Assembly: GCA_951406725.2 (NCBI GenBank)
Contig: OX597827.1
Span: forward strand, 16,306,001-16,370,000
Length of the DNA stretch: 64,000 bases
Reading direction: 5' to 3'
Source of the DNA: Octopus vulgaris
Taxonomy: Eukaryota
The position numbers and the translations under genes were made by a program. The notes beneath the pieces are model-generated. The model saw only the letters and a program-made list of their open reading frames with translations, was not told the origin of the DNA and did no database searches. Positions 13,800 through 29,700 of the stretch are shown piece by piece. The first letter of the stretch is position 1. Each line of letters starts with the position of its first letter.

Positions 13800-14187
13800 T
13801 GTGGAAGCACTCCGTCGGTTACGACGATTAGGGTTCCGGTTGATCCGAATCAACGGAACAGCCTGCTCGTGAAATTAACGTGTAAGTGGCTGAGCACTCC
13901 ACAGACACGTGTACCCTTAACGTAGTTCTCGGGGATATTCAGCGTGACACAGAGAGTGACAAGGCCGGCCCTTTGAAATACAGGTACAACAGAAACAGGA
14001 AGTAAGAGTGAGAGAAAGTTGTGGTGAAAGAGTACAGCAGGGATCACCACCATCCCCTGCTGGAGCCTCGTGGAGCTTTTAGGTGTTTTCGCTCAATAAA
14101 CACTCACAACACCCGGTCTGGGAATCGAAACCGCGAACCTATGACCGCGAGTCCGCTGCCCTAACCACTGGGCCATTGCGCCTCCAC
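13800..14187 (-). mobile_element. SINE family A, tail type b
   Basis: Same head and body as 594-906 but tail ...cgtcgtaaccgacggagtgcttccac; near-identical to 26704-27090. Confidence 0.92.
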
Positions 14188-15082
14188 AGAATGACGTATA
14201 AAACCCGGTTCAACAAATCTTGACTCATATGGCTGACCAGTGTTATTGGGATTTTGTAAACGAAGCAAGCGTACTCAGCAATTACTGACATACCTGATAA
14301 ACGGGGCAATAACCTCACACAAGGAAAGAAGGAGTCAAGGACTATTGAAAAAATATGGTACCATCATACTCACGCCTGCGAGCAAGGTGGAGTATGAGAC
14401 GTTTTGGCACAGCTGTGTTGCTACAGTCGTTTTGGCACTGCTGATTCGGCGCCTACTTATTTGACATCAGAAGTTTTATTGCTTCTCTGCTTCTCTCGTT
14501 TTAATGTCTCTTGTTCATTATACTTCTCTCTCTCTCTCTGTTTATGTGAATGAGTGTTTTAGTCGATCGTGTTCAATTAGTAAATTGTCTGTCTGTCTGC
14601 CTGTCTCTCTGATTATCTCTCTCTGTATGTATTTATTTCTGCGCGCACGTTTGCCTCCAGTGCCAAAATATATACTTTTGCCAAAGCAAACTGAATGCCC
14701 AGCAAATCGTGCTAAATCACCAGTATTCAAACAGCTGCACCCGATCGCCTCATTCTGTAGAAAGAGAATAGAGGAGTGCTTTGAACAATGTCGAATGCAG
14801 CAGAATCACAATGGCTAATTCCATTTGGCTCTTCCAATATTATTCTTCAATCAACTAAAGGATTGGCATTTCTGAACAATGTCTCTTCTCGGATCTTAAA
14901 ATAAAATGGTTTCAATTTATCTCTAAATGGTTCAGATTTGAAAGTAAAGTGCATATTTTATGTGCAACAGGTTATGCAAAAAATGTGTTGTGTTCCTGAA
15001 ATATGGAAGATGGATTATTAATATTGACGTTGTTACTAATGTTGTTGTTCTTCTTGTTATTGAGTAGCAACTCATCAATTCT

Positions 15083-15655
15083 TATTTCTTTACTACCCAC
15101 AAGGGGCTAAACACACAGAGGGAACAGACAAGGACAGACAAACGGATTAAGTCGATTACATCGACCCCAATGAGTAACTGGTACTTATTTAATCGACTCC
15201 GAAAGGATGAAAGGCAAAACCGACCTCGACAAAATACCTAATTCTTTACTGCCCACAAGGGGCTACACACAGAGGGGAGAAACAAATACGAAATACCGCA
15301 AAGCATTTCGCCCGGAGTGCTAACGTTTCTGTCAGCTCACCAATTCTACTGGAACGTTTCAGCAACACATCAATTCTGCTGGAACAGATATTGAGAACTT
15401 AAGTTGCTGATCAAATATTTGGGTGTTGCCTACAGACCTGGTTGAGTGTTGAGCTAAATGAGTACTGATTAGCAAAATGCATAGCAGCATTTCGTCCTTC
15501 ATTACGTTCTGAGTTCAAACTCCGTCAAGATCGACTTTGCCCTTCATCCTTTCGGAGTCGATAAAAAGAGTACCAGCTGGGTACAGGGGTCGATGTAATC
15601 GACTAGCCACTTCCCCTGAAATTGTTAGCCTTGCGTCAAAATTTGAAACCAATAA
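15083..15655. mobile_element. SINE family C cluster (minus dimer 15083-15340; diverged plus copy ~15450-15655 with alternative tail)
   Basis: Family C body motifs; second copy ends gccttgcgtcaaaatttgaaacc. Confidence 0.8.
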
Positions 15656-15729
15656 TTGTAAGGACATACTGGAAGAATCGTTAGAGAATCTAGGTAAAAC
15701 GTATTGTGGGAATTAGTATGATCCAGTTA

Positions 15730-16103
15730 TCTTTTATCCGTTTCAGTCATTAGACTGTGGCCATGCTGGGGCTCTGCCTTGAACTTTTAACCAAATGAAT
15801 CGACCCCAGTACTTATTTTTCAAGCCTGGTACTTATTCTATCGGTCTTTTGCCAAACCGCTAAGTTACGGCGACGTAAGCACACCAACACCAGTGGCGAT
15901 GGGGGACAAACACAGACACACACTTATAGATATATATATACATATATACACGACGGGCTTCTTTCAATGTCTGTTTTCAAAATCCACTCACAAGGCTTTG
16001 GTCGGCCCGAGGCTATAGGAGAAGACACTCACCCAAGATGCCACGCAGTGGGACTGAATCCGGAACCACGTGGTTGGGAAGCAAGGTTCTTACCACACAG
16101 CCG
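15730..16103 (-). mobile_element. SINE family D, older subfamily
   Basis: cagtcattagactgtggccatgctgggg...taccacacagcc. Confidence 0.85.
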
Positions 16104-16149
16104 CACGTTCCAAGTTCACATGCCATTGAGGTCAATTTTACTTTTCATA

Positions 16150-16678
16150 TTTCTAGGATCTATAAAATAAGGTTCCAGACAATTGCTTTTAGCCGCAAAT
16201 TTGTGGTCTTGTGTCTCCGCTCGAAATCTTTATTACTAATGACAAAGGCGTTGTTGAATGGCAGAATTATTGGGAATGCTGTACAAAATGCTTTGTAGCA
16301 TAAAGAGTTGTGACCCCTTACGATGTAAGAAAAGATTATTTTCAATGATGCTAGAATGACTTTTCAACCAGTGAACCTAATCTATTCTGGTTTGTAAAAT
16401 ACGAAATCCATATTTTGAGTTGTTAAAAAAAATATTCATAGTGACGTATAGCTTTTCATCAGATGCTTACAGGTTATGTAAGCTGTTTGTTGCAATGAGT
16501 TATCCAAAATAATTAATTGGGATAAACGGTTTACACAACCGGTAGTCTGCATCTAATGAAACGGTATGCGTCATAATTACGAAATTATTTTAACGTGTCA
16601 TAATATAGATTTCGTACACTTTGGAATAGATGTAGTGCAAATCTAATTATCCCATTCCTTTCATTAAACCACACACTG
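16150..16678 (-). mobile_element. Possible Tc1/mariner relic (DUF4817-type HTH N-terminus)
   Basis: TA|cagtgtgtggttt terminus; peptide SYIVRGHNSLCYKAFCTAFP..LPF..NKDFERR resembles DUF4817 transposase N-termini. Confidence 0.35.
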
Positions 16679-16734
16679 TATGTATGTATGTATGTATGTA
16701 TGTATGTATGTATGTATGTATGTATGTATGTATG

Positions 16735-17851
16735 TCTCTTCTATCCCCCTGAAGAGGGAGCCGTTTTCCAACAAAGATACAAGGCTCCATCTTTGGGATA
16801 TAGTTAACACAAATTCACATTTGGAACTTGAGAAAAAGTCTTGCATATTTTTACTGTTCCACTCACAGATTGCACTTGTAATGAAAATTCCAGTTTATTC
16901 AGATTCTCCTTTAAGCATTTACTAAAAAAACCTAGAGCTCCAATTATTGTCGGCATGAATATGAATTCATAGTCTGGATATATAAGCTGGAGGTTTCGAA
17001 GCAGTTGTCCATAGATATCCTCTTTTTCTTTGATTTTCAAAGAAATATTTATATCTGCAGGGCAGCCGACCTCTATGAAGGCACATACCTTTACCCCTCT
17101 ATCCCAAATAACAATATCTGGCCTGTTATATTTACATCTTGACAGAAGTTTTGATGGGAATATTCCACCGGTATTCTTTGAGATGGTGTTTATGAATGTA
17201 TTCCATAACAGAGGGATTTTTAAAGTTTATTTCAGGACAGTCTTTTTTGCAGATGACATTGTAAATTGTTTTAGCAACAACATCGTGCAGCATAGGGAGG
17301 TAGTACCGTGACGACATTTTAGGACAGCTGCTAATCATATGCGTGATGTCTTCTACAGAAACATGACATAGCTTACACATGCGGCTGCACCTTGGGATTA
17401 CAAGAGCGTCTTTGTCCTTCTTGTTCACCAGGTACCTTGTAGCAATCTCCTGTTCCCCGATTGCAAACGCATAGCCTTCAAAGTGTGATGTGATATAGTG
17501 GTCATGTGTCAATTCTACTGTCTTCTTCAAGCTTTCGGGCAACGAGGTAACAGAGCCCAGCTGTTTTGGGGCTGTATAGGAGATCATCAGGAAGGGAGAG
17601 CTTCTTGAGAAGCTCACTGCCAACTCGTACAATGTTGCTCACTTTACTTTTCAGCACTGGATTTATATATTTATTTTTTCTGCTGTTGTTTAGCAGATGC
17701 TGCCTGAGTACGGCATTCGAAGGCCGTTAGCACTGATCGCAGGCCTCTAAAACCTTTACTTATTCTTAGGTAGAGCCTGTTAACATCACTGTTTCTGTGG
17801 AAGTTCTAAGTTGTTGTCAGGATTATGCGGGTTTTGATATTTACAGACCAA
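16735..17851 (-). mobile_element. R4/Dong-clade (restriction-like endonuclease) non-LTR retrotransposon, 5'-truncated and frameshifted
   Basis: Thumb-like NFHRNSDVNRLYL..GFRGL; CCHC knuckle CKLC..EDITHMISSC; HDVVAK; RPDIVIWD..IEVGCP..KEDIY..IIGALG endonuclease; 3' UTR runs into (CATA)n. Confidence 0.9.
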
Positions 17852-18520
17852 TCAAGTATGAGATGGTGGAGAGGTCACTAGCATTTTGGGGGCACTGTCA
17901 GATTTACTGTATTTTCTGACGGTGGTCGAGTGTGGCTCTGGAGACTGATCAAGAACTAGTGAAAAGATTGCGGCCGACAGTGAAACGCGGCAGCTATTCT
18001 GTGATGGTCTGGGGAGCAATTCGGTGTAATGGTCAATCAGAACTGGTGGAGTGTGAGGAAACATAAACTGAGATGTGTCCGTAATGCGGAAAAGACTCCA
18101 TCAAATCTTCTTCAGTGGTGAAATGATTGAAGAAGACTATTTATGGAAGATGGGCTCCTTGTCACACAGCTAAAAACACCCAAGATTAGTTGGAAGAGAA
18201 TGGCATTAAAAAGTCACGAGATATAAACCCTATTGAACATCTCTGGGGCATAATGGGCAGGGCACTTCAAAAAAAGAACAAGAAAGCATCTTCAAAGCTA
18301 GATCTTTTGAGAATACTACAAGAAACTTGTCAAGAAATTCCTCAGGGGAATATTCGTCATCTGATCAGTAGCATGCCTAATAGCGTCCTTGCATTGAAGA
18401 ATGCAAAGGGCATCTCTACTAAATATTAGCTATTCACATTATAATAATTACTAAATAATTTGAATGTATAATTCCAGATTTCAATAAATTTAACGATTTT
18501 TAGGGTGTCTATTTACTTTC
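17852..18520 (+). mobile_element. Tc1-family (DD34E-type) transposase relic with 3' end
   Basis: [48 protein letters not shown]; stops and frameshifts; TIR-like agggtgtctatttacttt. Confidence 0.88.
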
Positions 18521-18534
18521 TCTCTTTCTCTCTT

Positions 18535-18566
<32 letters not shown>

Positions 18567-18570
18567 TCTA

Positions 18571-18615
<45 letters not shown>

Positions 18616-18997
18616 CTTTTACTCTTTTTTACTTGTTTCAGTCATTTGTTTGTGGCCATGCTGGAGCACTGCCTCTAGTCGAGCAAATCGACCCCGGGAC
18701 TTATTCTTTGTAAGCCCAGTACTTATTCTATCGGTCTCTTTTTGCCGAACCGCTAAGTGACGGGGACGTAAACACACCAGCATCGGTTGTCAAGCAATGC
18801 TAGGGAGACAAAGACAGACACACAAAGACAGACACACACATACATATATATATACATATATACGACAGGCTTCTTTCAGTTTCCGTCTACCAAATCCACT
18901 CACAAGGCATTGGTCGGCCCGGGGCTATAGCAGAAGACACTTGCTCAAGATGCCACGCAGATGCAAGCTACTTACCACACAGCCACTCCTGCACCTA
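18616..18997 (-). mobile_element. SINE family D (deletion in head)
   Basis: High identity to other D copies. Confidence 0.9.
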
Positions 18998-19219
18998 TGA
19001 GTTATATATATTTACATATATGTGTGTGTATAAACATACATATACATACCTATATATGTATACATGTAAATACCCCCCACCCACACGTTTCGTTAAATCA
19101 TCTTCACTCTAAATATTGATACTTTGAGAGGTTATTCTGTGTGGTTTTACCTTATTCCCATGAACTAGTAACCCAGGGATTTATTTGTCCACACACATGT
19201 ACATATATATTTAAGTACA

Positions 19220-19264
<45 letters not shown>

Positions 19265-19309
19265 TCACAAATATATGTCTGCGTATGTGTGTTCTAATGC
19301 GTGTGCTAT

Positions 19310-19340
<31 letters not shown>

Positions 19341-20059
19341 GACCAACTCAGACACACAGACATACATATGTATACGTATAGATATGTGCATAATTATCTC
19401 TGTCGGCCTGTGCGTGTCTGTCGGTCTGTGTGGTCTGCTTGCCTACCGGCCTGTTTGTCTGTTTACCTGCTTGTCAGCCTGCCTGCCTGCCTGCCTGTCT
19501 GTCTGTCTGTCTCTCTATCTCTCTCTGTATATATATATATATATGTATATATATATGCATATACACATTTATATCATATACACACACATATACACACATA
19601 TAGAGGGTGAGTACGAGTGTGTAGGAATTATTGTCATTGAACCGAATACGCGACACTGATCACGTGGTTCATATCTCCATCTAAATCTTTGTTTATTGTT
19701 CTGTTTTTTTTTCCCTCACTGTCCCCTTATCTCATCGCAAATAAAGTAGGAAACTAAAATTCAAAAGGATGAAAAAAAAAAAAAATGAACGCTTTCGCAC
19801 ATACAACATATTCACCAACGCACATACAATCTTCGCCATCTTAAAAAAAAAAAAGAAGAAAGATTTACATCCTCCACCAAACAAATGGCGGCTCAATCCT
19901 GCCACCAAATCCTCTCCTTTAATGGAAGCATTGTTCAACAATAAGAGCAACAACAAAATGGTGGTTATCACAGCTCTTAAATTGAGCAGACGTCACGTAA
20001 GTTCTAGTTTAGCGTCTAGGTTTGTACGTGGTTTGTTTGTAAGGTTTTTCTTCGATATT

Positions 20060-24200
<4,141 letters not shown>

Positions 24201-24750
24201 TCATTGTACGTGTGAATCAGCATCTGCGTGTAAATAATACTATTTTTGTATCAGTGTGAACATCTTTAGGAATTTGTGCATCGGCTCCTGATTAGATTTT
24301 CAATGTTTATTTTAAGGAGTCGCCTTCTCTAGTACAAATTGCACAAGGGATAAAAAAACAAAACAAAAACACCAAAACAACTGAGTTTTCCACTCTATTT
24401 TGTGTATCCAAGCATCCTTCAATTCTTGCATTATTTTTTAAAATCGTCTCTCATATAAATTAGTGAGTCATATTCTTTTTCTAAAAGAATAGACGGCGGT
24501 CATACTTGGACACAGCCTTTAAAGGTTTTTGTCGAGCAAATCGACTCCTGTACTTCTAATATCTTTTTAGACCCGGTACTTGTTCCTCGGTTTTTATTCC
24601 GAACCGCTAAGTTACAGGACTTAAACAAATGGTGTGGTGGTGGTGGTGGTGGTGGGTCGAATAGACACAGAGACACACGTGTGTGTCTATGTATATATTA
24701 TATATGTATATTTTGTATATTATTTAAAAGCATCAGAAATTTAACAAAAG

Positions 24751-24788
24751 CTGTTACTCGGAGTTTCATGTTCCCGTTCGTCGGACAG
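24751..24788 (-). ncRNA. Minimal type I hammerhead ribozyme motif (Penelope-like); second copy at 24918-24954
   Basis: Minus strand ctgt-CCGACGA-acg ggaa cat-GAAA-ctccgag-TA-acag; stem I extends aacaaaa/ttttgtt. Confidence 0.6.
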
Positions 24789-25132
24789 TTTTGTTAACAA
24801 AACTGTCCGACGAACGGAATTGTTAAATTTCTGCTGCTTTTAAATAAAGCATATTACTCTACCTCTGGTATTTGAGTACTCTTTTTTTCCACCTTTTTTT
24901 TTTCACATTTATGTGTTTGTTACTCGGAGTTTCATGTTCCCGTTCGTCGGACAGTTGTGTTAACAAAACTGTCCGACGAACGGAATTGTTATATTTCTGC
25001 TGCTTTTAAATAAAGCATATTACTCTACCTCTGGTATTTGAGTACTCTTTTTTTCCACCTTTTTTTCCACATTTATGTGTTTACTCCGGTATTTTGTATA
25101 TTATATATATATTTTAGAACGTTTATAGATAG

Positions 25133-25180
25133 GTCTTACAGCTGTTTCCAGGATATTTATTATATCCCTTCATCGGAGAC
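25133..25180 (-). ncRNA. Minimal type I hammerhead ribozyme motif in Penelope-like fragment 25115-25255
   Basis: Minus strand gtct-CCGATGA-a-gggatat aataa atatcct-g-GAAA-cagctg-TA-agac; palindromic stem III. Confidence 0.72.
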
Positions 25181-25910
25181 GGTGTGAGAGGATGGTTAAG
25201 TAATAGTTAATTTAGATAAGATACAAAATAGAGAGTGAGGTGGAGGAAAGAGATATGTATACGACGGGTTTCTTTGTAATTTCCCTCTACCAAATTCGCT
25301 CAAAATGCATTGGTTGGTCGGAAGCTATTGGAGAAGACACTTGCTCAAGGTGCCATGTTCTGGGACTGTATCCAAAAGTACGTTTTTGCAAAGTGTCCTT
25401 CTCAACCATACAATCACACATGGAAATGATGCAGCAAGAATTTTTCAGATTTTGTTTAATATAATCTTCATCGGTTGTCGTCTGATACTTTCTGCTTTTT
25501 ACCGTGATGGGGAGTCAGTGCACAAAATCTTCGATTCTGACTTTGACTCTATTTACAACTTCTCCGACTCCACTATTTCTAATTAGACTAACAATATATT
25601 TCTAATATACCTTGTTACTATAGGTGGAGGCACATGGCCTAATGGTTAGAGCAGCGTACTCGCGGTCAAGGGATCGCGGGTTCGAATCTATACGCCGGGA
25701 AACCGCCCCTTATGAGCCAGGCATGGCTCAAGAACGTAAAGACGGACGAAATACCGCTAAGATTTTTGCACAGCTTGCTAACGATTCTGCCAACTAGCCA
25801 CCTTACATATCTTTTTAATAATTGTTTTAAAATTTGGCACAAGGCCAGCAATTTAGGGAGGAGGAAATAAGTCGATTATATCGATCCCAGTGTGCAACTG
25901 TTACCTATTT

Positions 25911-26282
25911 TCTATATAAGACCCAAGTTAGAAAGATTCTCAGCAATTCAACTTCTCTGGTTGACATTAAGACACCCACCACCAACAGGGGCCTTAACTC
26001 TCACATTTTAGAGCTCCATGACCTTAATTTTTCAGGTGCAAAATCTTTTTGACAGGTTCAATAAGACTGGAATTTTGGAATATGCGCATAAAAATCAGTA
26101 GTATGGGATATATGTGGCACGATTACAATTTTTTTTAGGGCGTGTAAAGAGGGAAATAACCCCCATCTGCAATTTTGATGAAATTCAAAACATAGATATT
26201 CCAGTTCATTACAGAAAATATAACAGAAAAGTCTAATTCTTCAATTGCATTTAACACGGGCAACGCTGGGTATCTCTGCTAG
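25911..26282 (+). mobile_element. Non-autonomous Helitron
   Basis: 5' TCtatataag; 3' cacgggcaacgctggg..CTAG|T. Confidence 0.6.
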
Positions 26283-26703
26283 TATAGTTCTAATATTGAG
26301 TGAATACACACAACATATATGGCTAATGTGAATCATTGCACTAGTTTTTAACACTCTGATTTGCTAAAGTTTGTGTTTAAAAACTATAGCTAAGCTGTTG
26401 TGGGTTTTTATACTATTATATTTATCACATTTAAGCATAAGGAAAAAACTTAGAAAAGAAGTAAGAGAGTGTATATTTTTTTATCGGAAGGCTATGAAGT
26501 AAAGGTATGATAAAGTAAAACGTTATAACTATAAAATTCATGAACATCTTCCTGTTCGAATTCAGAAATCTAAAATCCACCAAAAGGTAAAAAATAGAAA
26601 TCTTAAAAACAACTTAACACCTGACAACTCTATAAGAAATAAATCCAATTGGATACATAACCCTTCCTTTTTGAGAAGGAAAGCATTGTTTGAATATGGA
26701 CAT

Positions 26704-27090
26704 TGGGAAGCACTCCGTCGGTTACGACGATGAGGGTTCTGGTTGATCCGAATCAACGGAACAGCCTGCTCGTGAAATTAACGTGTAAGTGGCTGAGCAC
26801 TCCACAGACACGTGCACCCTTAACGTAGTTCTCGGGGATATTCAGCGTGACACAGAGAGTGACAAAGCCGGCCCCTTGAAATACAGGTACAACAGAAACA
26901 GGAAGTAAGAGTGAGAGAAAGTTGTGGTGAAAGAGTACAGCAGGGATCACCACCATCCCCTGCCGGAGCCTCGTGGAGCTTTTAGGTGTTTTCGCTCAAT
27001 AAACACTCACAACGCCCGGTCTGGGAATCGAAACCGCGATCCTATGACCGCGAGTCCGCTGCCCTAACCACTGGGCCATTGCGCCTCCAC
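26704..27090 (-). mobile_element. SINE family A, tail b, with 11-bp target-site duplication
   Basis: tgtttgaatat at 26687-26697 and 27091-27101. Confidence 0.93.
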
Positions 27091-27155
27091 TGTTTGAATA
27101 TAAAAACTAAGTGAACGCAAAGTGAAAGATTACATTTAAAAATTATACCGTGAAG

Positions 27156-27470
27156 CAGTGGTTCTCAACCATTTTTCCTAATGGGTCCCCTTTGATTCCT
27201 GTTTTACTCAGATGAACCCTACCCATTAGCATTTAAACCGGCCATATCCGGCCAAAACATTCTACCTGTTTTATATTCAGACTGGTCAGATTTGGTCTCT
27301 CACATCTACCCTACAATGTCATTCTAAAAATATACAGTCACATCATTAAAATCTGGAATCTTTGAGATAATGCATAATTAATTAAAAACAATGCCAATAA
27401 ATAAGCATTACATTTGATAGAGTAGTAATCGGAAGGCTAAAAGGTTAAAAAAATCCTATCATATTTTTCT
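27156..27470. mobile_element. hAT-like MITE end (cagtggttctcaacc) with nested piggyBac-like MITE (~27222-27444)
   Basis: Termini cccattagc ... gctaaaagg|TTAA. Confidence 0.4.
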
Positions 27471-27612
27471 AATTGAATGCTATGGGTTTCAAATTCTGGC
27501 AAAACGGCAGTAATTTCGGGGCAACGGATAAGTCGACTACATCGATCCTAAAGGATGAGAGGCATAGTCGACCTCGGCGGAATTTGAACTCAGAACGTAA
27601 AGACTGACGAAA

Positions 27613-27768
27613 TACGATCCCGAAATGGCCATCATTGTAGCATCTGATGCTCCCGAGCACTGATTAGGTGCAGTTCTGCTTCATAAATACGAAGATGGAA
27701 GTACAAAACCAGTGGTTCATGCTTCGCGCTCGCTAATAGCAACAGAGAAGAGACATAGTCAAATTGAT
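27613..27768 (+). mobile_element. Ty3/Gypsy pol RNase H fragment (absent from ORF track)
   Basis: YDPEMAIIVASDAPEH*LGAVLLHKYEDGSTKPVVHASRSLIATEKRHSQID matches the xDASxxGxGAVL..ASRxL..E..YSQ motif. Confidence 0.85.
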
Positions 27769-28280
27769 TCCACAAGTTTTTTCTCTCTTTTTTTTTTGTA
27801 TAGAAAGTGTCTGGTGAGGATTTCTTGCTCCTGGCTTGCATGGAAGTAGCATCCAAGGTGAGATGTTATAAACTTGTAGCTTCTCCACGCTAGACATTTA
27901 GAGATATCAAGTGTGGTTATTTTCTTTATGATCTGTAATTTTCATTTCAATAAGCCATATACAGCCTCCTTGATAAAATGGCCTGAGACAACAATACTTC
28001 TTAAAAGGAGAGAGAGAGAGAGCGAGGGAGTGAGTGAGAGAAGAGAGAGAGGGAGAGAGAGAGAAAAAGACAGGGAGAGAGGTTTAGTGTCAGTTTTTAT
28101 TATGTCTTCCCAAGTTTAATGATATTTTAATATCCATGTTTGTAAACCTAAGTGAGATAGTTACTGTGTGCATTTCTCTGTTGTCGATGTTGCTTCGGTG
28201 TTACGATCAGATTTGCATACCAGGTGACTAAAAAGTTTGCAAAGGTGTTGCGGGATCTATGCTTGTTCTATGATCAGAAA

Positions 28281-28681
28281 TCTTTATATATAAAAGAGAG
28301 GTTGTGTGCTGTCTGTCTCCTACGATTTAGATTCCTAACTACTCCCACATTTTGCAGTGCAGTTTAACCAAAACCGGGTATCTTATAGTCGTGATTCATA
28401 TCGAGCCCTTCTGGGTTTTAGCGCGCGTTTACGATGAGTCTACAATTTAAAAAAAAATTTACCATAATTTTTTCCATTTTAATGCATTTTTTTCGCTATT
28501 AAATAAGGGAAGTAACTCTCTAAAAATGTCTACGATGAGTCAACGATTTAAAAAAAAAAATTACCATAATTTTTTTCCATTTTTAATGCATTTTTTTGCT
28601 ATATTTTGGCTATAACTCTCTAAAAATGCTTATATAGTTATTTCCCTTACAAACCCGAGCAACGCCGGGCGATACTGCTAG
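28281..28681 (+). mobile_element. Non-autonomous Helitron, intact ends
   Basis: A|TCtttatatataaaa ... cccgagcaacgccggg hairpin, CTAG|T; no TSD; internal ~100-bp duplication. Confidence 0.9.
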
Positions 28682-28785
28682 TGCTTTATAAATCTGTCTT
28701 GATGTATTTGTTGGCTCTCCATTCACATCTCATTAAACAGTTCATTGTACTTGACGTTCTCACTTTGAAAAAGATATTTTCAATT

Positions 28786-28957
28786 AGGCGCAGGAGTGGC
28801 TGTGTGGTAAGTAGCTTGCTAACCAACCACATGGTTCCGGGTTCAGTCCCACTGCGTGGCGTCTTGGGCAAGTGTCTTCTGCTATAGCCCCGGGCCGACC
28901 AATGCCTTGTGAGTGGATTTGGTAGACGGAAACTGAAAGAAGCCTGTCGTATATATG

Positions 28958-28990
<33 letters not shown>

Positions 28991-29205
28991 TTGTGTGTCT
29001 GTGTTTGTCTCCCTAGCATTGCTTGACAACCGATGCAGGTGTGTTCACGTCCCCGTTACTTAGCGGTTCGGCAAAAAGAGACCGATAGAATAAGTACTGG
29101 GCTTACAAAGAATAAGTCCCGGGGTCGATTTGCTCGACTAAAAGGCGGTGCTCCAGCATGGCCGCAGTCAAATGACTGAAACAAGTAAGAGTAAGAGTAA
29201 GAGTA
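28786..29205 (+). mobile_element. SINE family D, full length
   Basis: Complete head to (gtaaga)n tail. Confidence 0.92.
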
Positions 29206-29569
29206 ATTATAACGTGGTTGTGCAGGATATATTGTCAGACTGTTCCTATTTTAACTTCTTCGGCAGAGGACAATGTTTACCCAATTCGTCATTTGGATTC
29301 TTAAAATTTCTTCTCCAGTTCTATAGTGCATTGGACGATGAAACTCAATTGCATTTTTTTTGATATAGCTAATATCCGGTCCATATAACTTTCGGTTGAA
29401 CTCAAAAAATAAAGATAAGCGCCATTTCTAACTTTGGGGTATTCATATTTTATGAATATGTAATACAACGGTTTGAACGAAAGAAGAAATAGTTGTAATA
29501 ATAAGCTATAGAAGCTATAGAAACTGCACTTCTTATTTTCATAATATATATATATATATATATATATAT

Positions 29570-29700
29570 AGGGAGAGTTTACGGAAAAAAACAAAAGACG
29601 AAGACAGGTGGTGTACAAAACAAACAAATAGAAAAAGTCGTTTACGTTTCGAGCCTACGCTCTTCTACAGAAAGGGACATAGAAAACAAGGAGAGAAAAT
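29570..29700 (-). mobile_element. Penelope-like terminal fragment with hammerhead-like motif (29641-29673)
   Basis: Minus strand ttt-CTGTAGA-a-gagc gtag gctc-GAAA-cg-TA-aa; second copy at 41820-42000; adjoins (TA)n. Confidence 0.6.

Larger units (their letters stand above)
24490..25410 (-). mobile_element. Old SINE family D copy split by two Penelope-like insertions
   Basis: Tail half 24490-24680 and head half 25255-25410 flank inserts located in its internal TA tract. Confidence 0.7.

Noticed and set aside
14542-14818. Coding exon or ORF around 14.6-14.8 kb
   Set aside because: Good minus-strand acceptor but weak donor and no recognisable peptide
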